Positions 9,870-18,871 of a stretch of DNA of 64,000 nucleotides are shown in pieces; the first letter of the stretch is position 1, and the number at the start of each line of letters is the position of its first letter. The position numbers were made by a program, and so were the translations under genes. The stretch is taken from the NCBI GenBank assembly GCA_002337045.1, contig DDFF01000008.1, positions 215,143 to 279,142 of the forward strand, given 5' to 3'. The notes under the pieces are model-generated. The model was not told where the DNA came from. It worked only from the letters and a program-made list of their open reading frames with translations, and did not search any database. Source of the DNA: Bacteroidetes bacterium UBA1935. Lineage in GTDB: Bacteria > Bacteroidota > Bacteroidia > Chitinophagales > Chitinophagaceae.

Positions 9870-10287
9870 ATTTAACAGTGTGTTTGATTGTAAAATCGTT
9901 CAGTTTCCTGTTATTCACAACAGATCAGGGAACATTACCCCTGTACAAAACAATATTGAGGTTCCTTTTGATATTCAAAGGGTTTACTATCTCTATGATG
10001 TGCCTGGTGGGGCTGACCGTGGAGGTCATGCACATAAAAGTCTCCAACAGCTTATAATAGCAGCAAGTGGTAGTTTTGATATTACATTGGACGATGGAGA
10101 AAATAAAAGAGTGTTTTCTTTAAACAGGCCTAACGTAGGGTTGTTTTTATGTTCTGGTATTTGGAGGGTTATTTCAAATTTCTCATCAGGTGCAATATGT
10201 CTGGTTTTGGCATCACTCAAATATGGCGAAAATGATTATATAAGGCAATATGATGACTTTATTGCGTATAAAAAGAGTGGTTTATGA
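9862..10287 (+). CDS. WxcM/FdtA-like cupin, putative 3,4-ketoisomerase (copy 2)
   Basis: 'NRSGNITPVQ', 'IQRVYYLYDVPGGADRGGHAHK'; 141 aa. Overlaps copy 1 by 8 nt (ATGGGTAA). Confidence 0.7.
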   Translation: MGKFNSVFDCKIVQFPVIHNRSGNITPVQNNIEVPFDIQRVYYLYDVPGGADRGGHAHKSLQQLIIAASGSFDITLDDGENKRVFSLNRPNVGLFLCSGIWRVISNFSSGAICLVLASLKYGENDYIRQYDDFIAYKKSGL

Positions 10288-11246
10288 GTATAAGATTGGT
10301 AAGATATAGTAGTGAGCACGAAGAGGCTTGGGACTATTTTATAAGAAATAGATCTGTAAACAGTACCTTTTTACATAGCAGAAAATTTTACAAGCATAAT
10401 GCACTAAATACCCAAGACGACTGCTCTTACTTGTTTTACGACGACAATAAATTGATAGCTGTTTTTCCTGCAAACCTTTATGAAAAGGAAGGGAATAAAA
10501 TATTGCATTCTTACTTGAGATCTACTTATGGAGGTGTCGTATTTTCAGATGATGCAAAAACCATTGATATTATTGAGGTTCTCGAACAAATAGAAAATGA
10601 AGCTAAAATATTAGAGGTAAGTGAAATAATAATTAGGCCAACATTTTCAATTTATAATAGCGGATTAGGAGGAAGTCTTGATTATGCTTTATGGAAATGT
10701 GGTTTCTCGCTTAAATATAGAGAAGTTGAGTTTGCAATAGATTTACATAAGTATCCCATGTATGGCAGTAGTTGCAAAAGAAGTACAACTGCAGCTTATA
10801 AAAAAGGTGTAACTGTAAGAGAGAGTAATGAATTAAGTCAGTATTGGGATATACTTTCATCAAATCTAAGAGAACGTTATGGTGTTACTCCAGTACATAG
10901 TATTGAACAAATAGAGTATTTAAAACAATTAATAGGCGATGATATCAAGCTGTTTGCTGCATATCTTGAAGATAAAATGATAGGAGGTATATTATGTTTT
11001 GTTGCTAATAAATGCGTAGTACATGCACAATACATAGCCTCAATAAGCAGATATCAAGAATACAGGCCATTAAATGCTGCTATAGATACTATTGCAGCAT
11101 GGTCTAAGAATAATGGATATAAATATTTTAATCTTGGCATGGCAACTGAGCCTGGAGGGGCTATTATAAATGATGGTTTGATGCGCTTTAAAGAAGGATT
11201 TGGTGCCAGAGGCGTTTTGAGAGAAACAATGCATAAAATACTGTAG
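10284..11246 (+). CDS. FemAB-like / double-GNAT acyl- or aminoacyl-transferase
   Basis: 320 aa with a two-lobed layout and a C-terminal 'YKYFNLGMA...GLMRFKEGFGA' typical of FemAB/Acetyltransf_6-type proteins. ATGA overlap with the upstream gene. Confidence 0.5.
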   Translation: MSIRLVRYSSEHEEAWDYFIRNRSVNSTFLHSRKFYKHNALNTQDDCSYLFYDDNKLIAVFPANLYEKEGNKILHSYLRSTYGGVVFSDDAKTIDIIEVLEQIENEAKILEVSEIIIRPTFSIYNSGLGGSLDYALWKCGFSLKYREVEFAIDLHKYPMYGSSCKRSTTAAYKKGVTVRESNELSQYWDILSSNLRERYGVTPVHSIEQIEYLKQLIGDDIKLFAAYLEDKMIGGILCFVANKCVVHAQYIASISRYQEYRPLNAAIDTIAAWSKNNGYKYFNLGMATEPGGAIINDGLMRFKEGFGARGVLRETMHKIL

Positions 11247-11252
11247 ATAATT

Positions 11253-12020
11253 ATGGATAACCAGTTTCAGAAAGATTACGAAAATTTTAAAAATCTTAGT
11301 TATAATGATTTTAAAACTTTAGCGCAGAATGATTCTCTTTCTATATATCAGAAAATAGGCTTTCCTGATTCTTACAGAAAGGATAAGGAACGATACATAT
11401 TCGATGATATTGTTGAGAAGATGCAAATGAGTGGTGAAAAGGAGAAAATAATAATGGATATTGGATGCGGATGCAGTGACTTGGTTGGCTATATTATTGA
11501 TTACGCAGTTTCTGCAGATAGTAAACTACTATTAGTTGATTCTGAAGAAATGTTACAACTGGTAAGAGACGAAACTGTGATTGAGAAATATGCTGGATAT
11601 TTCCCGGATGATACAGCCACAATCGTAAATAATTATTTAGGTAAAGTAGATTACATTATCTGTTATAGTATTTTTCACTACGTTTTTTACAATACTTGTA
11701 TGTTCAGGTTTTTAGATATTGCAGTGTCTATGTTGAAACCAAATGGCAAATTACTTTTGGCAGATATACCTAATATTGACAAGCGCAAACGCTTCTATTC
11801 TACGGAGCGGGGTATAAAAATGCATCAGGAATTCACAGGCGACAATTCGATTCCAGAATTCAAGTATAATATTCTAGAGCCTGCACAAATAGACGATAGT
11901 GTTGTTTTTGCAATAATGCAACGATATAGGAATTTCGGGTTTGAGACATACTTATTAAAACAGCCTGAAAGTTTGACCATGTGGAATAGGCGAGAAGATA
12001 TATTAATCCAAAGAAGTTGA
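11253..12020 (+). CDS. Class I SAM-dependent methyltransferase
   Basis: Motif I 'IMDIGCGCSD' and post-I acidic 'LLLVDSEE'; 255 aa. Confidence 0.65.
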   Translation: MDNQFQKDYENFKNLSYNDFKTLAQNDSLSIYQKIGFPDSYRKDKERYIFDDIVEKMQMSGEKEKIIMDIGCGCSDLVGYIIDYAVSADSKLLLVDSEEMLQLVRDETVIEKYAGYFPDDTATIVNNYLGKVDYIICYSIFHYVFYNTCMFRFLDIAVSMLKPNGKLLLADIPNIDKRKRFYSTERGIKMHQEFTGDNSIPEFKYNILEPAQIDDSVVFAIMQRYRNFGFETYLLKQPESLTMWNRREDILIQRS

Positions 12021-12022
12021 AA

Positions 12023-12700
12023 ATGAAAAGCAGGAAATTAATTATTTTCGGAGATAGCGCTTTTGCAGAGATTGCGTATGAGTATTTTACGTATGATTCA
12101 GAATATGAAGTTGTAGCATTTACTGTTAGTAAAGACTATTTGACAAAAGATGCTCTGTTTAATTTGCCTATTATTCCATTCGAAAATATAGACGCCTTAT
12201 ACCCTCCTTCTGAATTTGAAATGTATATTGCATTGGTATATAACACCTTGAATAGAGTGAGAATTCAATTTTATAACGAGGCGAGAGATAAAGGTTACAA
12301 ATTAGCAAACTATGTAAGTAGCAAAGCATTTCTATGGAGGAATGTTGAAATGGGGGATAATTGTTTTGTGTTTGAGGACAATACGATTCAACCATTTGTA
12401 AAAATTGGAAGTAATAATGTTTTCTGGAGTGGTAATCACATAGGGCATCACTCACAAATAGGTAGTCATAACTTTATATCTTCTCATGTAGTAGTTTCAG
12501 GTTTTTGTGAGATCGGTAATGCAAACTTTATGGGTGTAAATGCGACAATGGGCAATAATATTAAACTAGGTAGTGATTGTCTAATTGGTTCTTTTGTACA
12601 TATCATCAAAGATGTTGAAGATGGTACTCTGATGAGAGGTATGCCTAACAGGCCTGATGAAACAAATACCTATGACAAGTTTAATATAAGTAAAATATGA
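12023..12700 (+). CDS. NeuD/PglD-family hexapeptide-repeat sugar N/O-acyltransferase
   Basis: N-terminal Rossmann-like 'KLIIFGDSAFAEIA' followed by left-handed beta-helix repeats ('IGSNNVFWSGNHIGHHSQIGSHNFISSHVVVSG'). The ATG at 12023 is preferred to the TTG at 12017. Confidence 0.7.
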   Translation: MKSRKLIIFGDSAFAEIAYEYFTYDSEYEVVAFTVSKDYLTKDALFNLPIIPFENIDALYPPSEFEMYIALVYNTLNRVRIQFYNEARDKGYKLANYVSSKAFLWRNVEMGDNCFVFEDNTIQPFVKIGSNNVFWSGNHIGHHSQIGSHNFISSHVVVSGFCEIGNANFMGVNATMGNNIKLGSDCLIGSFVHIIKDVEDGTLMRGMPNRPDETNTYDKFNISKI

Positions 12701-13623
12701 GATGGCTGAAGAGGGGATTAGTTTATGCGCCTGAAAAAACACACTGGTGGAATCAATTGTATGCGATATTGCCAACTCCTATATATCTGGAAGGCGAAAA
12801 TATTATTCGTGTATACTTTTCTACAACTTGTAAAGATAGATTTGGAAGGGTAACATTTATTGACCTGAATGCTGATAATCCATCAGAGGTTATCTATAAA
12901 CATGAAGACTATATCCTAGATACAGGTGTTATAGGAGCATTTGATGATTGCGGTGTGAATGTATCTTCTGTGGTTACGTATGATAATAATATTTTAATGT
13001 TTTATGTAGGTTATCAAAGACACTTCAAAGTTCCATATTCATTACTCACAGGTCTTGCAATATCTAGAGACGGTATAAATTTCCATAAGACTTCAAATAT
13101 ACCTATTTTAGAACGCAATAATGAAGAGTTGAACATACGTTCTGCTCCAACTGTACTGATTGAGGCAGGAATACTGAGGGCTTGGTATGTTGCTGGTATA
13201 GGCTGGGAAAAAATTGGAGGGGTACATAACAGTAAATTACTCCCTACTTACAGAATAAGATACGCTGAATCTAAAGATTCTATAAAATGGATTTTAGGTA
13301 ATGAGGATATAGTTGAATTGAAAAATGATGAGTTTGGCTTTGGTAGGCCTTATATATATAAGAAAGCAGATAAATATCAATTGTTTTATTCTGTAAGAAG
13401 GGAAAGTACTTCGTACAGAATTGGATTTGCAGAGTCTGAAGATGCAAATAATTGGGTGAGAAAAGATAATGAAATAGGTATTGATGTGTCGGTTGATGGC
13501 TGGGATAGTGAAATGATATGTTATCCAGCGGTTATTTGTGTAAAAGGCGTAACCTATTTATTTTATAATGGTAATAATAATGGTGAAACAGGTTTTGGTT
13601 ATGCTGAACTTGTAGAGGAATAA
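12697..13623 (+). CDS. Conserved hypothetical protein, predicted beta-propeller (glycoside hydrolase/glycosylase-like fold)
   Basis: 308 aa, no TM helix or signal peptide. Recurrent blade-like patterns 'W.R....PV', 'FYVGY', 'AWYVAG', 'LFYSV', 'LFYNGN' resemble the GH32/43/130-clan fold. ATGA overlap with the acyltransferase. Confidence 0.35.
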   Translation: MRWLKRGLVYAPEKTHWWNQLYAILPTPIYLEGENIIRVYFSTTCKDRFGRVTFIDLNADNPSEVIYKHEDYILDTGVIGAFDDCGVNVSSVVTYDNNILMFYVGYQRHFKVPYSLLTGLAISRDGINFHKTSNIPILERNNEELNIRSAPTVLIEAGILRAWYVAGIGWEKIGGVHNSKLLPTYRIRYAESKDSIKWILGNEDIVELKNDEFGFGRPYIYKKADKYQLFYSVRRESTSYRIGFAESEDANNWVRKDNEIGIDVSVDGWDSEMICYPAVICVKGVTYLFYNGNNNGETGFGYAELVEE

Positions 13624-13640
13624 TAAAGCTTTTATCAGTC

Positions 13641-14594
13641 TTGGAAAAACAACCATTAGTTACAATAGGCTCCCTTTGTTACAATACCGGAAAGTATGTA
13701 ATAGAAACTCTTAAGTCTATTCAGAATCAAACATACTCGAATATTGAGCATATAATAATCGACGACTGCTCGATAGATGATTCTGTATTAATTGTAAAAA
13801 AATGGATTGAAGATAATGACTATAAATGCACGTTTATTCAACATAAAGAAAATAAAGGTGTTCATGCTTCTCTTAATGAGATACTTGAAAAAGGTCAAGG
13901 TAAATACATAACTTTTGCTTCTGATGACTTGCTGACTGAAAATAAGATTACAGACTTAGTATATATTCTTGAAGAATTAGGGAAAGAGTATGGAGTGGCG
14001 TATGGAGATATGAGTTATATAGATGAATCTGGTAGTAACCTTGGAAATTCCACTTGGTTTGATGATAAATTTTATAAAGGCTATCTACCCCCACAAGGAG
14101 AAATATTTAAAAATATCGTATATTCTATAACGTTTTTTGTCCAAGCTTCTTTATATAACAATGAATTGCTAAGAAAATTACAGTTTAAGTTTGATGACAG
14201 ATTTATTTGTGAGGACTGGCACTTAAACCTTTTCGTAACAAGATATAGCAAGGCGGTTGGCAACAAGAATATTTACTGTAAATATAGATATAGGTATGAT
14301 TCTCTAACAGCAGTGAATTGGACAAATGATAAAATGCATAAAGTACTATTGTCTCAGCTGGCGATGTTTGATGAAGTCTACAGGTATAAACTTAATACTA
14401 AAGAAGATAAAGAATTAATATATAAAAAGATGCATTCACTGGCATTACAACTATATTCAACAAGAAGACTTGGTAGGATCAATAAAGCTAAAATTGCATA
14501 TGATTTATTTAACAAAAAACCAAGCTTTAAAAACATAATGAAAGTTATGGTGCTAATTATATTTGGAAGTATTCAACCTAAAAAAGCTTCATAG
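13641..14594 (+). CDS. Glycosyltransferase family 2
   Basis: 'PLVTIGSLCYNTGKYV', 'IIIDDCSIDDS', 'FASDD'. TTG start; there is no ATG upstream of the conserved N-terminus. Confidence 0.8.
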   Translation: MEKQPLVTIGSLCYNTGKYVIETLKSIQNQTYSNIEHIIIDDCSIDDSVLIVKKWIEDNDYKCTFIQHKENKGVHASLNEILEKGQGKYITFASDDLLTENKITDLVYILEELGKEYGVAYGDMSYIDESGSNLGNSTWFDDKFYKGYLPPQGEIFKNIVYSITFFVQASLYNNELLRKLQFKFDDRFICEDWHLNLFVTRYSKAVGNKNIYCKYRYRYDSLTAVNWTNDKMHKVLLSQLAMFDEVYRYKLNTKEDKELIYKKMHSLALQLYSTRRLGRINKAKIAYDLFNKKPSFKNIMKVMVLIIFGSIQPKKAS

Positions 14595-14605
14595 AACTTA
14601 CAGCG

Positions 14606-15718
14606 ATGAGTATAATTATAGTTGATTTTGACCATTATGAAATGTTACACTCATTGATAAAATGTATAGAACAAAATACAGAATGTATATATATATGTTC
14701 TAAAAAACATATTATAGATGAACTGAAACAAAATTCATATTCAGAGAAAGTCACTTTCAATTGGATTATAGCTACTAACAGCGAAGAGTTAATCAATCAA
14801 CATATAATCTTTCAAGGAATGTATTTTGATTATGTGATATTAAACACAATATATTCACATTTTGGAAGTGCAATTTGCTGGTTGGAAAAATTAAAATATC
14901 ATAAATCAATACTTACAATTCATAATGTTAATTATTGGTTTAAAATGGGTACTAGATATAGGGTATTTAAGAGGCCTAGGAGTAGTAATCATATTCAAAT
15001 GCTGAGTTTAGTGGATAAAGTTGATGCGTTATTGTTACTTAGCGATAATGTAAAAGAATATGCTCTGAAAACCTATAGAATTAAAAAACCAATAATAGTT
15101 TTCCCTTATACAGTAAATGAATCCGTTAACATAGAACAATCAAACATTGATAAAATTGTTGTAGTAATTCCTGGTATTATTGAGGAAGGTAGAAAAGATT
15201 ATATCTATGCGCTTGACGTTTTTTCTAAATTAGATAAGTCACGTTATAAACTTGTTTTACTAGGAAGACCTAAAGGATTCTATGGAGAAACGGTGATAAA
15301 CAAATGCCATGAACTAAAATTGCAAGGTTTAGACATTATATATTTCAAGGAGTATGTTCAGCAAATAGATTTTGAACTTTGGATGAATAAAACTGATATC
15401 ATATTGGCTCCTGTAATTATTGACACTCAATATGCAGGGATTAAAGAAAAATATGGTCAATCAAAAGAAACTGGGGCAGTTTTTGATATAGTTAGATATG
15501 GTAAGCCAGGTATTATACCTACCAAACTAATTACGTCAAAACCTATTAATGCAGCATGTTTAAGATATGAAAGTCCTAAAGAATTGTTGGCGATGCTAAC
15601 AGTGCTTAATAACAAAGACGCGTTATTGAATCTGAAACAGAATGCAATATTAGCAGCAAGTATATATTACTATAAAAATGTTTCTAAACGTTTATTTGAT
15701 ATTTTAAAGTCTATTTAA
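14606..15718 (+). CDS. Hypothetical protein, GT-B-like putative glycosyltransferase
   Basis: 370 aa and very AT-rich. The C-terminal half 'VVVIPGIIEEGRKDY...LVLLGRP...SKETGAVFDIVRYGKPGIIP' resembles the nucleotide-sugar-binding half of GT1/GT4. Confidence 0.4.
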   Translation: MSIIIVDFDHYEMLHSLIKCIEQNTECIYICSKKHIIDELKQNSYSEKVTFNWIIATNSEELINQHIIFQGMYFDYVILNTIYSHFGSAICWLEKLKYHKSILTIHNVNYWFKMGTRYRVFKRPRSSNHIQMLSLVDKVDALLLLSDNVKEYALKTYRIKKPIIVFPYTVNESVNIEQSNIDKIVVVIPGIIEEGRKDYIYALDVFSKLDKSRYKLVLLGRPKGFYGETVINKCHELKLQGLDIIYFKEYVQQIDFELWMNKTDIILAPVIIDTQYAGIKEKYGQSKETGAVFDIVRYGKPGIIPTKLITSKPINAACLRYESPKELLAMLTVLNNKDALLNLKQNAILAASIYYYKNVSKRLFDILKSI

Positions 15719-15725
15719 AAGTCTT

Positions 15726-16859
15726 GTGATTTCCTGCAAAAACTGCATATTAGATAGCAACGATGATCCGAATTTGGTGTTGGATGAAAATGAGGTTTGC
15801 AACCATTGTAATTGGTATTACTCTGAAGCCGCATATTATCTTAAGCAAGGGCAAGAAGGTGAACAATTGTTACAGGAAACTGTAAATACTATAAAAGATT
15901 ACGGAAAAGATAAGCAATATGATTGCTTGATAGGATTAAGTGGAGGTGTCGATAGCAGTTATGTAGCATACAGGGCTAAACAACTTGGACTTAGAGCATT
16001 GTGTGTACATTTTGACAACGGATGGAACAGTGAACAGGCTGTGATGAATATTCATCACATAGTTAATAAGTTAGGTTTTGATCTTAGTACATATGTAATC
16101 AATTGGGAAGAGTTTAAAGATTTACAGTTGGCTTATCTCAAGGCTTCAGTTATAGATATAGAAGTGCTGACGGATCATGCTATTTATGGCACTATGTTCA
16201 AAATAGCAAAAGACAATGACATAAAGTATGTGCTTGGTGGTCATAACGTAGTTACTGAAGGTGTGTTGCCTTATCACTGGACCTATAATAAGAAAGACTA
16301 CATCAATATAAAAGCCATACACAAACAGTATGGAGAGAAAACTTTGCAGACATACCCATTCCTAGATAAAAAAATGAAAAAGTTTATCAGCGAATCAGGG
16401 GTTGAATTTGTAAACTATCTCAACTGGATGCCTTACGTGAAGGATGAAGTGAAAGAAGTGTTGAAACAAGAGCTCGACTGGCAAGATTATGGCGGCAAAC
16501 ATTACGAAAGTATTTGGACAAGGTTTTATCAGGGCTATATACTGCCTGTAAAGTTTGGTGTAGATAAACGTAAAGCCCACTACGCAACTTTGATTTGTTC
16601 CGGGCAGATGACAAGAACGCAAGCTTTGGAAGAGATGAAAAAGCCTGCTTACGATCAAACGTTGTTTCAGGTTGATAAAGAGTTTGTCTTAAAGAAGCTG
16701 GGACTTAGCGAACCAGAGTTTGATAAAATAATGAAGCTACCTGTTCGCAATCACAGAGAGTTTGATACGGAAGGGTCTTTCTTCCATTACTACCCGATAC
16801 TAAAGCCACTTCGGCCTTTGTGGCATACATTTAAAAAGCTTTCCGGAAAACATGTATAG
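15726..16859 (+). CDS. N-acetyl sugar amidotransferase (WbuX/WbpG/PseA family), copy 1
   Basis: Zinc-ribbon 'CKNC...CNHC', PP-loop 'GLSGGVDSSY', 'DNGWNSE', 'YGGKHYESIWTRFYQGYILPVKFGVDKRKAH'. GTG start. Confidence 0.8.
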   Translation: MISCKNCILDSNDDPNLVLDENEVCNHCNWYYSEAAYYLKQGQEGEQLLQETVNTIKDYGKDKQYDCLIGLSGGVDSSYVAYRAKQLGLRALCVHFDNGWNSEQAVMNIHHIVNKLGFDLSTYVINWEEFKDLQLAYLKASVIDIEVLTDHAIYGTMFKIAKDNDIKYVLGGHNVVTEGVLPYHWTYNKKDYINIKAIHKQYGEKTLQTYPFLDKKMKKFISESGVEFVNYLNWMPYVKDEVKEVLKQELDWQDYGGKHYESIWTRFYQGYILPVKFGVDKRKAHYATLICSGQMTRTQALEEMKKPAYDQTLFQVDKEFVLKKLGLSEPEFDKIMKLPVRNHREFDTEGSFFHYYPILKPLRPLWHTFKKLSGKHV

Positions 16860-17884
16860 TGAATAAAGTTGTTTCTATAATAACACCCAGTTTCAACAGG
16901 GCATATATAGTGGATGAGACTGCTCAGTCTATCTTTAATCAAACCTATCCGCATTGGGAATGGGTGATTACCGATGACGGTAGTACAGATGAAAGCTGGG
17001 AGAAATTGCAACAATATGCTGCTACAGATAGTCGCGTAAAAATATTTAAAAGAAACAGAGATCCTAAAGGGGCTTGTGTTTGCAGAAATATATCTGTAGA
17101 AAGATGTACTGGCGACTATGTGATGTTTCTGGATACTGATGATGTGCTTGCGTCATTCTGTCTGGAACAGCGCGTAAAAGCTATGGAAGAAAATGAAGAC
17201 TGTGATTTCGTAATCTTTCCTATGCTGTTGTTTAAAAACAAGCCTGATGATACACGTATTATCTGGAATATAGATAAAGACGAAGATGACTTAGCGCGTA
17301 TATTAAGAGGTGATGCAGTTTGCCAGGGAACTGGTCCGTTGTGGAAAAAGTCTTCGTTTGTGAAAGTTGGGATGTGGAAGGAAGACTTAAAGCTTTGGCA
17401 AGATATTGAGCTTCATATAAGAAGCTTACTATATCCTGTTAAGTATAAAAAGAGATTAGACCTGAAGCCTGACGTTTTTTTAAGAACATCAGATGATAGT
17501 CTTTCACGTGTAGGCTATTATTCCTTACCAAAGATGCAAAGCCGCATATCGGTATATAAAGGTGCATGTTCAAGGGTAAAGGAGGTTGGCAAGCAGCGGC
17601 AATATGCTATGCCATTGAAGGTGATGGGTATAGATGTATTAGTAAGTGCGGTAAAGAGCGGTTATTACGAAGGTGTAAGCGAAATAATAGACATATTGCT
17701 GCAGCACCAGATAATAAATGACCAAGAACTCCAAAAAGTAAAGAGGTATATAGCTTTCTCGAAAGCGAAACTGTATAAGCTGCCGTTCTTATATAAAGGT
17801 GTGCAGCAAAAAGTTATGAATATGGGTAATGCAGGAGATGTTACTATAACATCTGTCAAATGGAATGGTGAAGTGACTTTATAA
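16859..17884 (+). CDS. Glycosyltransferase family 2
   Basis: 'VSIITPSFNRAYIV', 'VITDDGSTDES', 'LDTDD'. The GTG start overlaps the upstream TAG by 1 nt. Confidence 0.8.
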   Translation: MNKVVSIITPSFNRAYIVDETAQSIFNQTYPHWEWVITDDGSTDESWEKLQQYAATDSRVKIFKRNRDPKGACVCRNISVERCTGDYVMFLDTDDVLASFCLEQRVKAMEENEDCDFVIFPMLLFKNKPDDTRIIWNIDKDEDDLARILRGDAVCQGTGPLWKKSSFVKVGMWKEDLKLWQDIELHIRSLLYPVKYKKRLDLKPDVFLRTSDDSLSRVGYYSLPKMQSRISVYKGACSRVKEVGKQRQYAMPLKVMGIDVLVSAVKSGYYEGVSEIIDILLQHQIINDQELQKVKRYIAFSKAKLYKLPFLYKGVQQKVMNMGNAGDVTITSVKWNGEVTL

Positions 17885-17886
17885 AA

Positions 17887-18861
17887 ATGTCAGAACAACA
17901 ACCTTTAATATCTATAGTAATCCCTGTAAAGAATGGGGAATATTGGATGGATAAATGTTTGGGCGGTATCATGTCTCAAACACTGTTTCCCCAATGTGAG
18001 ATTATTGTAATAGACTCTGGATCTACAGATAAAACACTAGACATATTAAAGTCCTATCCTCTAAAGGTTATTAGTATTCAGCCCGAAACATTCAATCATG
18101 GGTTGACGCGCAATTTGGGTGTAGCCAAGAGCAGCGGTAAATATATAGTGATGACCGTGCAGGATGCTGTTGCAGCAGATAGCCTTTGGTTGCAGAAAAT
18201 GCTAGATGGATTTAGTGTTGCAGAAAATGTTGCCGCAGTTTGCGGTAAGCAGATAGTGCCACATGATAAAGATAAAAATCCCGCAGAGTGGTATAGGCCG
18301 GTGGCTAAGGGAGAGATTATAGCGTATAGCTTTTCAGAAGAAATATTTAATAACCTTTCTCCTTCAGAAAAAAAAAGCGTATGCGGATGGGACGATGTAA
18401 CAGCCATGTATCTGAGAGATGCACTGGTTGAAATTCCTTTTCGAAAAACATCTTTCGCAGAAGATGCGCAATGGGCAAAAGACGCTTATCTGAAAGGGTA
18501 CACTTTGGTTTACAATCCGGAGGCAACTGTAAGCCATTACCACTATGAAAATCCGGACTATACATATAAACGAACATTTACCGTATTGTATCATATGTAT
18601 CGGTTCTTCAACAATCTCCCCAATGTTTACTGCCCGGGATTGATAGATTCGTTAAAACTAGCAAAGCTTCTATTCAAAGAAGCTAAATTGACTTTGGGAG
18701 AAAAAATAAAGTGGTATAGATATAATATGGCTATACGAAAAGTATATGCTAAAGCAATCCAAGATTTTCTCCAGTTTGTAGAACTTGGTGATGAAGCATT
18801 GGATAAACAACATGAACTGCTATGTGGTATGCCACCAATAGCACCTGTTAAGCATTCTTAG
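17887..18861 (+). CDS. Glycosyltransferase family 2 (rhamnosyltransferase-like)
   Basis: 'ISIVIPVKNGEYW', 'VIDSGSTDKT', 'TVQDA'. Confidence 0.7.
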   Translation: MSEQQPLISIVIPVKNGEYWMDKCLGGIMSQTLFPQCEIIVIDSGSTDKTLDILKSYPLKVISIQPETFNHGLTRNLGVAKSSGKYIVMTVQDAVAADSLWLQKMLDGFSVAENVAAVCGKQIVPHDKDKNPAEWYRPVAKGEIIAYSFSEEIFNNLSPSEKKSVCGWDDVTAMYLRDALVEIPFRKTSFAEDAQWAKDAYLKGYTLVYNPEATVSHYHYENPDYTYKRTFTVLYHMYRFFNNLPNVYCPGLIDSLKLAKLLFKEAKLTLGEKIKWYRYNMAIRKVYAKAIQDFLQFVELGDEALDKQHELLCGMPPIAPVKHS

Positions 18862-18871
18862 CCTGATAGAT

